NCBI RefSeq assembly: GCF_041956535.1
Contig: NW_027192207.1
Span: forward strand, 605,764-669,763
Source of the DNA: Calcarisporiella thermophila CBS 279.70
Lineage: Eukaryota > Fungi > Calcarisporiellomycota
DNA: 64,000 nt
Direction: 5' to 3'
The notes beneath the pieces were generated by a model, which was not told the origin of the DNA, did no database searches, and was given only the letters and a program-made list of their open reading frames with translations. Below are positions 14,037 to 27,696 of the stretch, in pieces; position 1 is the stretch's first letter, and each line of letters starts with the position of its first letter. The translations under genes were made by a program, and so were the position numbers.

Positions 14037-14614
14037 TCACCCAAATGCACTGGCCGTAAAATGCGGTATCTGACTAGCAGACTCCGGAACAACTTCTTCC
14101 TGTTTTACAGGATCATATCTGGCGGAAAATTCATTGCTTTTTGTGCGAGGCCGTTGACGGGATTTTGCAGAGAAATGAGTTCCTATTTAACAAAAGAAAT
14201 AATGAATCAGTCGTTCTGAATGAATGCTTTAAACTATTATTACTATAATGTTGCCACATATTATCTTTTCGCGAGAATCTGGAGTTGCAACCGGGCATGA
14301 GACAGGCATAGTTTTTCTCTCCCGTGTGAATTCGGTGATGCCGAGCGAGATGTCCACTAATATAATATATGTTAATATCGATATCCATGGCATAATATTT
14401 GAAATAGATAATACCTTGTAGTAAATGATTTATCACAGTCGGGATAGCTGCAAAAGTACTTTTTCTTGTGAGCAATGAGGGAGACATTCGTCACTGAAAG
14501 TATGCAAGCCTTTTGGGGCGAGAACTGAGGGATCGAGCTATCATAGTGCTCTTCGTTCAAGAGGCTAACTCGTTTGCCGTTAGAATTAGTAATGGACCAC
14601 CTCGAATCGATCAT
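14037..14614 (-). CDS. Two-finger C2H2 transcription factor, Nrg1-like (3 exons)
   Basis: YFCSYPDCDKSFTTSGHLARHHRIHTGEKNYACLMPGCNSRFSRKDNMWQHYRTH after splicing; stop TGA at 14039-14037. Confidence 0.85.
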
Positions 14615-15144
14615 ATGCTATGTTAAATATTGAGAAATAGAACTACTACTTAAATAAAGAAGATAAATAAATAAACGAAGATAAGCTGAAAAAAAAGGGA
14701 GACAACTTGAAAGAAACTCCCCCTTTCCCTTTTTCTCTAAAGCGGGGAAACAGGGTCAATGGTCAGGCTGGATGAGCCCTTGTTTCAGCCTTTCGACCAA
14801 AAATTTAAGGGCCCACTTGCTGGCCCGAACACAATAGGTAAACTCGTGAGACACTTCATATATCCGCTTAGTGTACCCACTCCATAGTTTAGTAAATACT
14901 CTTACGATATTGGATTAGTGCAAGTATTTGGAAAATGAAAACGGCGGAAAGGGTAAAGCCGAAAACCGAGATTGAAAAAGGCTTCAGAGGCATTGTACAG
15001 AGCCTAATATGGACTTAAGAAACCGAAGCAAAAAACATAGCAGAGATCTCGATATTGAAAGAGAAATATATTTTATTTATAACATGCCAACACCAGCACA
15101 AAAAGCAAAAGGAGAGGATATTTGTAATTACAATGTCATTAAGT

Positions 15145-15784
15145 TTACTTCTCCTTGTTTGCTTTGGCTTTCTTGGTTCCGCGGAATTTCTTAGCACGGT
15201 TTTTGCGCTCCTTGCGCTGTTTGCGGGCGACATTGCCAGTTTCCGCAAGGCCGTGTCTAACAAGGCGGTGCTTGGGTTCAAATCTCTTTGCTGACTCTAG
15301 TGAGTCGTAGATGAGCGCAAAGCCGGTCGATTTGCCACCACCGAAATGTGTGCGGAAACCGAAGCAGAAAATGTTCTCCTTATCGGTTTTGTACATCTTT
15401 GCAAGCTTATCACGCACTTCATCCTTGCTCAAATTAGCACGCGATGGATGTAGCACATCGACAACCATCTGCTTACGCTGCAGAAGGCGGTTGGTGAGGA
15501 ACTTGCGGGTACGAATTGTAGCAGTCGCTTCAGACTACACGATAAAATAGAGAATTAGCTCTTACTTGAAAATTTTAGGAGATTCATAAGGGAATCACAA
15601 ATAAAAGATCAAAATATCCTTTAACATTTCACAGATCAAAATTCTTCACGAAATGCGATTTAAGCATCTAAATCGCATTATTAACCATTCTCACTCCCCA
15701 TTTGAAAATCACATTCACTCCAGTAAAGGAGTTATCCATCCATCTATCCTAAAAACACATCCATCGTCTTTAGAAGCTTACCAT
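15145..15784 (-). CDS. RPS24: 40S ribosomal protein eS24 (ATG-only first coding exon)
   Basis: ATG/GTAAGC at 15784; [31 protein letters not shown]; [21 protein letters not shown]. Confidence 0.97.
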
Positions 15785-16012
15785 TTTATCGATGCGCAAT
15801 ATGATATGAACCTCTTGGACAGAGAGGGTGTGATGTCTGTGAAAAGAGAGGGAGTCTATCTCATGTAGTCCTTAGATTAATATTTTCGATGCGGAATCAT
15901 TCATAAGCCACTTGATTTAACAAATAGCATATTAAATTATTCTCGTAGTCAAATTATTTCAAATATTACGTTTATTAAGAAACGCTAGAAAATACTCATT
16001 AGATTAATGTGG

Positions 16013-18101
16013 TTACAATGTATAGAAGATTAATGAAATTAGGTTACATTGCGGGTAAAAAAAAAGGAAATTTAATAAAATTACTAATCCAGAAGCAAAC
16101 CATATAACAGCTCCATTAGTTGCTATTGATGGTGGTGCATTCGCTCTGGCTGGAGGACCTAATCTAGTTCCACAATCCAAATGGCACTTGAATGCAAGCG
16201 TTTTCTGATCCCTCATTTCAGCATCTGTGGGACACACCTGGAAAATGTTCGGCTGAACTCTGCAATATGCCAGATTGGGAGGTGCAACTATCGAAGGGAA
16301 TGCTCCATTTAGCTGATTATGGCCGAGTGCTAAGTATTCAAGATTCTGGAGTTGGGCAATTTCACTTGGAAAGGTGCCGGTAAATCGGTTATGATTTAGT
16401 AGACTATTGGATTCAATTAGAATACGTATAAATATTCATATACAAAGTTGACTTACAGTTTCTGAAGGGAAACCATGTTTCCGATAGAGGGAGGGATTTT
16501 TTCACTCAACTGATTATGCCCAACATCACTATTTTGAGTTAGATACATAGGAGTTATATTCAAGTATATCGGGAGACACGAATTTACTTACAATATTCGG
16601 GCAGCCGCTAAGTTTCCTACGGCGGGGGATATAGCGCCGGTAAGTTCGTTTTTACTTAGAACAATATCTATCAATGATGTAATAGAATACAGAGTGTCGG
16701 GAATTGGGCCTGTCAAATTGTTTCCTTTCAAGTTACTGAGCCCTAAGTGAGCGAAGGAACGTACAATATTTAGAAATCAATACATTTCTTACAGTAATTG
16801 AAGGCTGCTCAATTGCCCGATTTCCAAAGGAATTTTGCCCTGGAAATGGTTAGAGTCAAGTGCAAGCCCCTTAAGATTGATTAATTTTCCAATAGTGGGC
16901 GGAATAATTCCGGATAAAGTGTTATTCGATAGAAATCTAATAGCATACATGTTATGAGTTGGAGACTGAATTTTGAAATCTATAATATTCTAAACATACA
17001 ATCCCTGTAGCCTTGTCATGTCCATCCACGATTGAGGGAGTCCTCCTGTAAAACTGTTGTTTCGCAAATGGCTATGGAAAGCAGTTGAAAATCAGCGATT
17101 TCATAGAAATTGTGGGGAAATGGGTGCTTACATATACTCGAGGACAGGGATAGTGCCTAAAGAGTCCGGGAGTATTCCAGATAACTTATTTTCGTCTACA
17201 TTTCTATCAAACATGTACGCCGTTAAACGAAGGAAATAAGAAAGGATAATCTAGGCCGAACTTACAGGTATTTGAGTGTCTTTAAGTTCCCCAATTCTGA
17301 AGGTAGATTGCCTGTGAGGTAGTTTCCGCTCAAATCACTTGAATCCAAAACATTGCAAAAATTAGATTCGCAAAATCATTTAATAAATGCACATTCTAAA
17401 CTTACAGATGAATCAATCCCATCAGTTTGCCAAATATCGAAGGAATCTGACCCTGAAGATTATTTCTAGCCAAGTCCCTAGATCAAAATATATACTTAAT
17501 TTTTTCTTATTTTGTTACCTATATTATCAATACAATTAACTTACAATCGAGTTACTACACCCACATTATTGCAGTGAACCCGCGCCCAACCACAACAGGA
17601 TAGCATATCTTGACTACTCCAACCAGTTGCTTCGGTCCACTGTCCCCCCGTAAGTTTGAAAATACCGCTAAGCACAGCACATGTTTCGCGGAGCGTTTCG
17701 GCATTGGCTTCTGCAAGCGTTACATTTTCGGGTAAACCTGGTACATTCGTGACGGCTGGTGTCGGAGCTTGTGAAGGTTCTGCTGAAAGTGAAGTCTCCG
17801 GAAGGGAGGAATGAGCGGAAGAATCTGAACCTGCAGTAGCTGTGGCTTCTGAAGAAGGGATGCTGGTAGTAGGATTCTGAAATGTAGTAGGGACTGTTTC
17901 ATGCTGCTCATCGATGGCTATCTTAGAATCAATTGTTGGCTGAGAATCTACAGTCGGTTCGTCTTCAAAATTATTTGTGGTTGTATTGGTTGTATCCTGA
18001 GTGTCCTGTGCACGCGCAATGGCGAGTAGGATAGAGAGCAAAATCAGAAACAACAATGGTCTCCTCATTTCCTTGAGAACAATAGCTGCTTTTCTTTTCA
18101 T
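16013..18101 (-). CDS. Secreted/cell-surface plant-type LRR protein (signal peptide, S/T stalk, LRRNT cap, about 11 LRRs, Cys region, hydrophobic C-terminus); 3' end uncertain
   Basis: Cap WTEATGW...CCGWARVHC; repeats such as LDLSGNYLTGNLPSELGNLKTLKY; exons 17477-17406, 17337-17266, 17203-17132, 17071-17000 and 16528-16457 (72 nt each), 16936-16793 and 16735-16592 (144 nt each). Confidence 0.9.
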
Positions 18102-18517
18102 TTTTTTTTTTTTTACTTTTGCTCCTAGTCTTCTACTCTTATTCTACTCGTGCCAGTGTCCACCCATACTAAAGCCACTAGGATGTGAAGCATATAAAAC
18201 TGTGGAAATAAAACCATATTAGTTGAAACTTATTCTAAGGATTAATTGTAGAACGTTAATTTCCATATCGGTCGGTAGAGAAATTAATAAATACAGATTG
18301 GGCGGGAAAATCCACACACATTAGGATATTTTTAGAACGATGCGGTGTTAATCAACTCTGAAGAGATATATTGAACGTTATATAAACACAACTCAAGTAA
18401 AAAGGGGAAAAATATTACACAAATGAAATTGAGGATGCCATATCAAGTCAGGATGATGTAAGGAGAATTGCAACTAAATGATCGTAATGCCAGCAGTAAA
18501 TTTATCATAATTCCATT

Positions 18518-21500
18518 TTAAATGTTTGGTGTGCTGGGTAAACTTGACCTTGGCACACGTGGCTCTAGCTCTAATGATCGATCATAGAGGAACTAGAAGA
18601 CAAGATAGATCTAGCTTTAGACATATCCTATCACCATGAAAATGTAATTAAATTCTTACATCATCGCTCCATAACTGTAAAGCGGCAATTGTCTTGATAA
18701 TCTCAGGTTCAAGTTTGATATGCGTATATGGACTACGTTCGAAAAAGCTACCGTTATTTTTTTTCCTCCTATACGTTGCTGCAAACTACCTACCTTCGTT
18801 GAAATCTTCTTACTGTGCCAAATATCGTGTCTCCCATTAGTTGAAATTTCTTCCAGTGGATATTTGGTCCTTCCTTGAAATCAGGATTTCCTTCTGCAAT
18901 GCTCACCAAATCTTTTAAATGGACGCCCCTATTGTACAAAGTTAATAACTTAATGTTGATGCATTTCCCAAAACAGAATTTACAAGTAAGGAACGCAAGG
19001 AGCCGTTGACCCTTTAAGTGCTAATCTGTAGTTTTGATAGGATCGATCTGAGGACATAAGGGTAACCAGCCCTTGATATTTCTGGTAGATTGGCCGCTGA
19101 CGAACGACGGCAAAAGTCTGCGTTAACCTCCCTACTGGACCATTGTTGAGAGCGGCGAGCACGGCGGTAAGGGTGTTAAAATTGTTGAGCTCGCGAAGAG
19201 ACTGAGCGATTTGCATGAACTTTTCCAGAGTTCTCGCACGTTGTTTTAACTTAGGTTGTGAAAGGACCATAGTTGCCGTCCTAAAATGAAATCATAAGAA
19301 CAATAGTTAACAAGATTAACAAATATTTTGCATATATACCATGCGGATACAAAATTAAAATGCGAACTACAGGACGAAACGTTGGGTATCATTGAGCGAG
19401 ATATTCTTTTTTGGTCTTTTTCCCCTGACCCCATTACTTGCTGTATCATATCACGCGGCTATGAATAGTTCTAGATTAATATTATTTTAGCCATTTTACT
19501 GAGAAATGAGGTCTTACTTTAATTTTTCGAAAGAGTTCAAACTCGATCCATGTCAATTGAGAAGCAATTTCCATTGCAGATAATTCTAGAATGCTTTGAA
19601 AAGGATCAGGATTAACTATCGCGCTGAATGCCTTGCGATTTGCAGTGAGGCTAACGAAACTTGGTCGACGAGATATGCGAAGCGTGCTGCTCGATTCGCT
19701 GGTAGGCAATGATCCTCTACGCTTGTTTGAGACAAACCCTGATGGTGGGAGTGGAAGAATCAAGGCTAATATTGTAGCATCTCCCCCTGCGAACTTCGGG
19801 GATTGCAGTGAGGAAGAGGAGGCGCCAGCAAATTTGTGATTTTCGTCATTTCTCTCGATGATACCGCTTTGCATACTCGTGGTTGAATAGGAAGAAGCGG
19901 TTGAGAACTTACGATGGGCCACATATTCCGAGTTGATTGATGAAGGGACCTGCCGAGATAGAGGAGGGGTTGTGTTTTTTGTTAAAGGTGTTCCATCTGG
20001 AGTAATCCCCGAGAGTAGGCCCTCTCCAAGATGAAATGTTGGAGTAATTTGGATCCGATCTGATATCATTGCATAGATCTCTGCTGGAAGATCCGAAACG
20101 GGTAATTTTTCGCCTGCTATGCCAGAAATGGTTGTAGGAGATATATAGCCACTATCTTTTCTTAGCGAAGTGATGTGTGTGAACTCTTCCTCAGAAATGG
20201 CCGACGATGAAGATTGAGTGGAGGAGCGCAAGTTGTTTGAATAATCTGTTAAACCCCAACAGTTATCTAGATCTCGTTCACAAGGCTCCTTGATTATCAA
20301 GGGTGCTAGAATATCACAAAGCGGTTGCGTGTACTCATTTGCGGAGAGGTATTCGAGAAATATATGGAGTTTTTTACGGGTATCAGCGTGTATAAAATCA
20401 TTCCAGTAATCGAGCACCCATTCAGCAATCACGTCCGTGATTCTATTACAGTTATCGTGGTCAAGTCATCTATCTCCAGAGTTTTACTTATCTGTGTCAC
20501 TCACCTTTTTTGTACCGGGGTTACGAAGTACGACCGATCATCACATTCCTGATGAAAACGGTCGATAAGATGCGTTAACAGCTCTAGTGGCCGCATAAAT
20601 CGCCGATAAGACATCAGAAAAGTGGAGCAGAAGAGATCATCTAGATATAATAAATAAAAAGTCTAAGCTCTCCAAGCAAAATCTAAAATATAGTGACGGA
20701 TTACCTTTATCCATATCGACGTTCACTAGTCGATCAATCAACTCCCCGATTGTCTGTCCGCCGGCACTCGATTCACTAAATAAAAATTTTAGCTTTTGTA
20801 GGACTAAATATTTCATTCTTCACAAAATATGCTGCATACTTGCTATCTTTAGATCCTCTTCGTCCTTTAACAACAGGGGGCTCTAAATTATCTTGTAGGT
20901 TTTCTTCGTGAGGATCGGGAGGTGGCCATTTGCAGGGATATACCGCATGAACCGTAAAATCTGAACCTCTTCTTCTGAAACTGTAAGAATTGGGCAACAG
21001 TTCAGTTTCTTCGTCAAAATGATTTAACAAGTTGGAAGTCGAAGATGCATGAGGACAGGTGCGGGCGCTGTGCTTAAGGGTCGGGTGAAGACTTTGGCTA
21101 TGGTTGATTTGCCGTTTTCCACTTTCTGCACTAGCCACTTGCGCTCGGGAATTGAGTGAGTGAATAATTAGAGGAGGTTTCACTTTCAATTTTGAATCTT
21201 TATAACTCTCCGGGTTCGGAGCATTGGACATCGTATCGGCTGATTCGACTGAAAGCTTAGCTGTAAGATAATGGAAAACGTTAGCGCGCCTTTATAAAAT
21301 ATGGCTCTAAAGAAGCTAAATTTACTTGAATGAGAGAGAACCGAAGTTATCAGCGAAACGAACAATTCTCGTATACTCCATAGTCCTTTGTTGCTATTTG
21401 CATCCACTTCCTTATAAGAAATTGCAAACGTTGAAGCTAATTTAGGGCCCATCTTTGTATCAACTTGTCGCTTCCGCGAAAATCCATCTGATTTACACCC

Positions 21501-22185
21501 TACGAGAACAATTGGAATTCCGAGATCCTTTAAAATATCTGTTGAAGAAAATTTAATACTGCACTTGCCAAGTTCATAAATATAATGCTTACAAAGTGTC
21601 CTGTATATCCCGTGAGTTGAATCCCGTAAATTCAAGTCAAAGCATACTATTATTCCATGAGCCGATTCTACTTCCTATAGGTGATAATAAAATTTGCAGC
21701 TCTGCATTAAGGTAAAAAAAAAAACGACATAAAAATTACCTTCCACCTATCTAATGGATAAATGCTGTCTTTTTCATCCTCCTCAACAAACCCTTCACCC
21801 AACTCTAAGATTTTTATGTTGTGCTTTACGTTATTTTTAGCGTAGTAGCAGGCATGATATGCTGCATTACTGGCACTATCATCTTGCGGCCGATATTCTT
21901 TCGCATCATCCAACCCCAATCGGATAAGCGTTGACTAGAATAGAAAAACTGAGCATAAAATCTCAATGATTATAATAAAATGTCAAATGTACCTTTCCAA
22001 CTCCCTTTCTTCCAAGTACTGCGATAATGATTGATGATTTTCCATCTTGAACATATGGTTGACTTTTTCTAGTTAGTATAACCGCAGGACATGACTATAT
22101 ATTAAGACACTATTTAGTTATATGCAGAAATTCAGAGAAGAGAAGACAACATCACCATCTTCCGAAATGAATCTCCTTTAGACAT
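18518..22185 (-). CDS. RasGEF (REM + CDC25 domain) with N-terminal Ras-like small GTPase domain, multi-exon
   Basis: IIAVLGRKGVGK-ST P-loop, HGIIVCFDL, IPIVLVGCKSD; REM ELIDRL..TFLMSYRRFMRPLELL; CDC25 IASQLTWIEFELFRKI, LNNFNTLTAVLAAL, PCVPYL-GVHLKDL, EGNPDF, IHWKKF, SLELEPR. Confidence 0.88.
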
Positions 22186-22723
22186 CACTGGCAACTGATT
22201 TGTAGAAATAAGTGGTGGGACGGTGAATGATTCCGTTGAGATTGCCTTGCGAAGTTGGGGAGTGTGGTATTCATGCTTTTTAAACCACATGGCTTATATA
22301 CCCGCTTCGAAAACACTCAGCCTGTTCACTGGGACGCCTAATTTTACTTCCGTTTACTACAAATCAAATAGGCTTGAACTTCTTAGAAGTAGATATGCGC
22401 AATCATGAGCGAGTTTGATAGAATAACATGTAATGCCGAGGGGTGTTATGTGCACGTCAATGGCAAAATAGATTACGTGATGCAAGCGGGATTGGAATGA
22501 AGTCAGCCCGGATGAGGATCCAAAGGCTCAAGCTACCAACAAACCAAACAAGAATAAAAGAAAAAACAGAGAACTGACTGAGCTGAATATAATGGGATTT
22601 TCATTAGTCCCATTTTGGAAGATAAAGTCATTATTAATTTTTATTTATTTATATTTTTTTCCCATAAGAAATCCCAACTAAAAAAAGAAGATATTTGCAG
22701 CCCCCTTCTTGACCAAGCAGTGG

Positions 22724-25152
22724 CTAGTTCAGCACGACCAGCTCCTCATCGTCCAGTAATATGATCCCGTTCCTTTCCACGCCAATATCCTGTCGCGCTT
22801 TCTTTGCCGAGCTCCCTTCTTCCTTAACATCGTCACGCTCCTCATCAGCCTCCCGCTTCCGTTTACTCTGTAACGATTGTGGCTTTCGCTCGCCAGTTAC
22901 CTCCAATGAAATCTGTGGATCCCCAAGACTATCTTCATGTCTATTCATCTCCCCATTAGTTCCATTGCGTAAATTTGAAACTGCAAGTTTCACCTACTTT
23001 TGTAATATTGAGAGAATAATGGGCGTCTGTGCATATTCACCCTCGCTTTCGTCATCTCGCGTGATACTGAGCATCTTGCCATCTGTGATGGCAAGCGATT
23101 CAAGCGTGCGATCAAGGTTATCATCAAATTCAATATCATAGAGAATGCTAAGTGTTAAAGGATTAGATCAAAGAAACATAATGATTCGACTTGTAGAGTC
23201 ATACCGATCTCTTTCGGCAACGATTACTTCATATCCCGTTTTAAATTCTTGATCAATCCCCTTTATTACACTTCGTAAAGTGGCTTTCGATACGTCTGTG
23301 CGCAGGATGCAGTAATGGTTATTACAAACTCGACATTCTGGGTTGGGGGGTGCAAGAGGCTCCGTTACAAAGAGTTTGGGAGCAACTTGACGAAGGTATA
23401 TCTATCGGCAGAGATTTTAAAACCAGTTGAAAGCAAAGGAGTAGTATTTTTCTTGTTACCGTTTTGCAGTCACCCAACCTTCCATCCAACACTTTAAAAG
23501 CTTGCATCACCAACATTCCAGCAATGACCGCGTTTGTTGTGGCAATCGCAGGGATAATGTTTCCGGCCATTTCTTATTGAGATGACATATAAGAACAAAG
23601 TCTAGTAGAGATACACGGTGCAAAAAATCAGCCTTACCCTTGACTTGGAAACGTGATTTTTTCTCGATTCCAAATATGTGTGCTCGTAAATTCGAAGTGG
23701 CCGTAACGAAATCCAATGCATCGTCATCATCTTTATCGAAAGACAAATGAGTAATTTGCTCTGAAGATTGTGTATCTATAACCCGTTTGCTTAATCGCTG
23801 AATGCTATTGATTTATATCGAAGTAGGCCGAAAATATAATTTGTAAGCATATAATAATGAATATTACCTGTCCACAAACATAGCAAAGTTTTCCTCCAAA
23901 CTCCAAACTCGATGATCACGTCCAATAGTAGTACCACTATTATTCACACCTCCATTTTCTGTAAGTGTGTTTTTCTGGTCAAACTCTGTAAAAGTTAGAG
24001 GGATGGGAGCGCGTCGATTTTTCCACATATCTTCCATAGAAAGAAGACGGTGGATATCTCTATTGAAAACCTACAGATATGCTAATATTAGCACCGTGCG
24101 TAATAATAATGCAAGAAAAGAGAGCTGCAACCTTCTCAAATACCAATCGACAATAATTATCTGACCCAACAGAGCTTCGTATATTCCTTAGCTCCTCTGA
24201 CTCTCGCCTTAAATTCTCAATTTCCTTCGCATTATCTGGATTTTCATGCTTCTCTTTTTCAAGTGCCATATCTTCATCTTCTTCTGGTTCGTCGAAAAGC
24301 TGGCTAAAATTCAAGACCAAGTTTAGGGAGTATTATTAAAATCATGTTGCCTCGAGCAATATACCTGAAAAGATAGCTTTTTGCCCATACGATACAGTGT
24401 ATTGGTGCACTGGGTGTACTACGGATAGTACACACTGGGTAGCTTTTGATAATTGGCTTTGGTTGACAATCATAGCATTCTGTTCGACCCATTTGGATGG
24501 CAGTAACCTGGCCCAGATAACCTGTGGTACCAGATTCAAGAAGAGGAACATTAGCTGCAAGACACATCTGATTCACATGGCGCCGAGCATCTATTGTTTT
24601 AAATTAGTATTCGAATGACCTAAAATAAAACAAAAAATATCCCTTACCTAAATTGTCGAGCCCGTTCATGACAATATCAAATCTCTTGAACCACTCAACA
24701 TTAAATTTTGCATCCTTTATATTTGCATGATGAGCTATAATCTCAACTGAAGGATTGAATCTCAAAGCAGATTCTCTGGCCACCTATGATTAGAGAATTA
24801 GCAGTTTTGTGAAAAGTATTACATCTTTGGAATATTACTTGGGCTTTAGATTTTTTTATATGCTGCTTCTGAAAGAGAAATTGTCGATTCAAATTCGATA
24901 GATCTATTGTGTCTAAATCCACCTACCCAATGGCGATAAAAATGAAGAATTTAAAAATATAAGAGGAAAGTGTATCGGGACTAATCTGCATAATGTAATT
25001 ACCACTTCAATGCTTCTAAATCCTGAAAGCACTAAGTTCTTGAGAAGCTCACAGCCAATCCCACCCGCTCCAACTAGTAGCACATGGCTATTGGATACTC
25101 TATTATAAAGCGAATGCCCAAGAAGAGCCTGTGTATGTTTGTCGCGTTTCAT
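22724..25152 (-). CDS. UBA2: SUMO E1 activating enzyme subunit 2 (alternative in-frame ATG at 25167)
   Basis: [82 protein letters not shown]. Confidence 0.96.
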
Positions 25153-25291
25153 CTTTGCAATGATCATAACTTAATATCTTTCAACTTTGAAATATAGAGT
25201 GACTGCTCGTGGCTTTAAAATATATATTTCATTTTTGATCAATTAAGGGGGAAATATTACAGAGATAAAATACGTTACGTTAATAAGAAAG

Positions 25292-27608
25292 TTAAGTCAA
25301 TTTTGAAAAAATGGTTATCTTTGAATCAGAGTCTTTTTCTTGTTTCTCTCTTGCCTTAGCTTTGATACCTTCAATAATCTCTTTTACAGCGGTTCGATCG
25401 AGATCATCTCGTTTAGAAAGTAGCTCTTCCACATAAGACACTGGAACATCCGGGTATGATTTACGAAGTGCGTAATAGTCTAGATAGATCATTTTTCGCG
25501 AACTGCCTACAAGGGTGTATACTTTCTCAATCGCATCAAAATGTGGCTCCAGCTCTCGTGCTGGGAGATATTGCGCGAAGAAGTTGAAAGCTGCCCTTAC
25601 GTCGCTTTTAATACGGTCCAAACAGGTCGGCATTCTGAGTTTAGCTTGCTTGCCACGCATCGCTTCAAGGTATGTTATGAGAAACCGTTCTAAAATTCTA
25701 TCTGTTAGCTTTCCGAAAAGATACTCGTTCATATGCCTCCGAAAATCATTAAAATAATCTTTGAGAGTTTCCACTACTAAGAGCATTAGTTCTTCCTCGT
25801 ACCACCGTTTCGCGAACAGTTGTCCAGATACCGGCTTGATATCATTGAAAACGACATCGATTAATAAGCCGATTGCCAATTGTGCCACCTCAAGGAAACC
25901 ATCCATTGATGCATTAAGTTTATCTTCAATCTGCTCCAAATACGATCTGTCAAGCATTGGGTGAAGGCGTTTCAAAATGGCTTCAGAGAAATCAGCACTT
26001 CGCACTTGGTCGTTCGCGAGTGCAATTGCATAATCAACAAATCCTGGAACTTGAGCGTCCTTAGGAAGTTCGATTAGTTTTCGATATTCGGATTGCAGAA
26101 GCTCCTTCCATAGTTTCTGGCTCTGGGTCATTGCTTCCTGACACTCGTTCACTATCTTGAAAAGTAGCGGCCCTTGATTTGATTCAGATACAATGTCAAT
26201 TTGTTGATTTACCATCTGGAACATAATAACAGAGCCCTGCATTGTGTAGCGGCCATCTGTATCCACTTCTGGTGAATTTTTACGCTCTGTGAACTCAGAA
26301 GTCTCTGTGTTCATCAGATTGGTTATCCATTCATCCAACTTCTGTCGTACTAATTTAACATAGTCATCGAGCAAATCGCCATCCTTGCCATCAAGTAGAC
26401 GAGGTTCAAGTAGTTCTTCTGTCACCCCAAGTTGTACGTTCATTGTATCGTAATATTCCCGGACCCACTGCAATATCCGCAAAACCACGCCTCCTTCCGG
26501 ATCTTGCTGAAGGATTCGACCAAGCATGTCATGGGCGTGGCGGTGGTATTCAAGTACGAAAAACGGAAATATCTTATATTTTTTAGGAAACCGAGGAACA
26601 AGCTCATCAAACACTAGTGCGAGATCTTCAAATATGAAGCCAGTATCATCGAGAGCACCCGCTAAGTCATCCCGGTGCTTTTCAAAGTGGACTTCAAACT
26701 TTTCAGAGAGAGATTCATGCAATGTGTCGAAAAACTGTACACGATATGACTTAATTGTGCGTGGGCTGCCTTGGGAGAAGCTCCACTTTACGCCCGTGGC
26801 TGATGCGAGTTTTTCATTTTCAAAGCGTGTTCTTTCAGTAGCTTGAGCTTTTTCATCAGCATTCTCTTCTATTTCGATTATCTTTGCAAGACATACTATA
26901 GTATTGTGTTGTTGATTTCTAGCAAGTTCTAGGAGGTTACGCGTAAGATTCCAGATATGTCGAGTAAAATCTTTGGAGAATTCGTCTAATCGTCGAAAAT
27001 ATTGCTGAAGAGTTACAACTACTTCCTGCGAAGACGAAGCTCGAGCCCTATGCAGAGTCATGTCGCGAAATTCTTCGAGTTTGAATAATTGTTCATGAAT
27101 AATGAGTAAGTCCTCTGTGGACTTAAGCGGATCACTTCGCTCCCTATCGAAAAGTGTTTGTATCTTGTCCATCTTCAGATAGAATTCTTGTAGGCTTTGG
27201 GCTACTTCCTGCGTAGCGGCAAAATTTTGATGAATGCGAGAAATCTATTTTTAAAGCTGAGATATAATTCAGGATAAAGATCTAAAAGACGTGGTAAGTT
27301 ACCTGATTTATCTGAGGGTAATTCTTGATCATTCTCTGAGTCTCAACACAAATGCGATCAATCATCTGCATGTTCTTTCTAATTTTTCGCATTTGGTCTG
27401 ATGATGTATCTAGTACTTCAAGAGATTTTTGGGTGCTGTCGACATGTGATTGCACGCCCGCTTTTAATTGCGCATCGATCGACACCTTTTCTTTTGCAAA
27501 TCTAGATCGAAGTGCCGTTAGCTTCGTGTTGAGATCATCAGGATGTCTTAGCAATTCTGCCAATCTATTGGCAGCCGCCTCCGTAGCCTCTATTGTTTCA
27601 GTTTCCAT
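25292..27608 (-). CDS. SEC6: Exocyst subunit Sec6/EXOC3 (2 exons)
   Basis: RLAELLRHPDDL...IDAQLK N-terminus, ISRIHQNF, helical Sec6 domain (IMFQMVNQQI, IALANDQ, LLSKRDDL). Confidence 0.92.
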
Positions 27609-27696
27609 TGCATTCCATCTCTCTTAAAATATAGCTCAGCTTTAGAGATTTCTGGTTTTATGAACTGTGCCACTTTTTTCCGTGCAGCTTTGGATT

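Noticed and set aside
15614-15625. ATATCCTTTAAC U12-like string
   Set aside because: Lies on the antisense strand of the RPS24 intron with no plus-strand gene.
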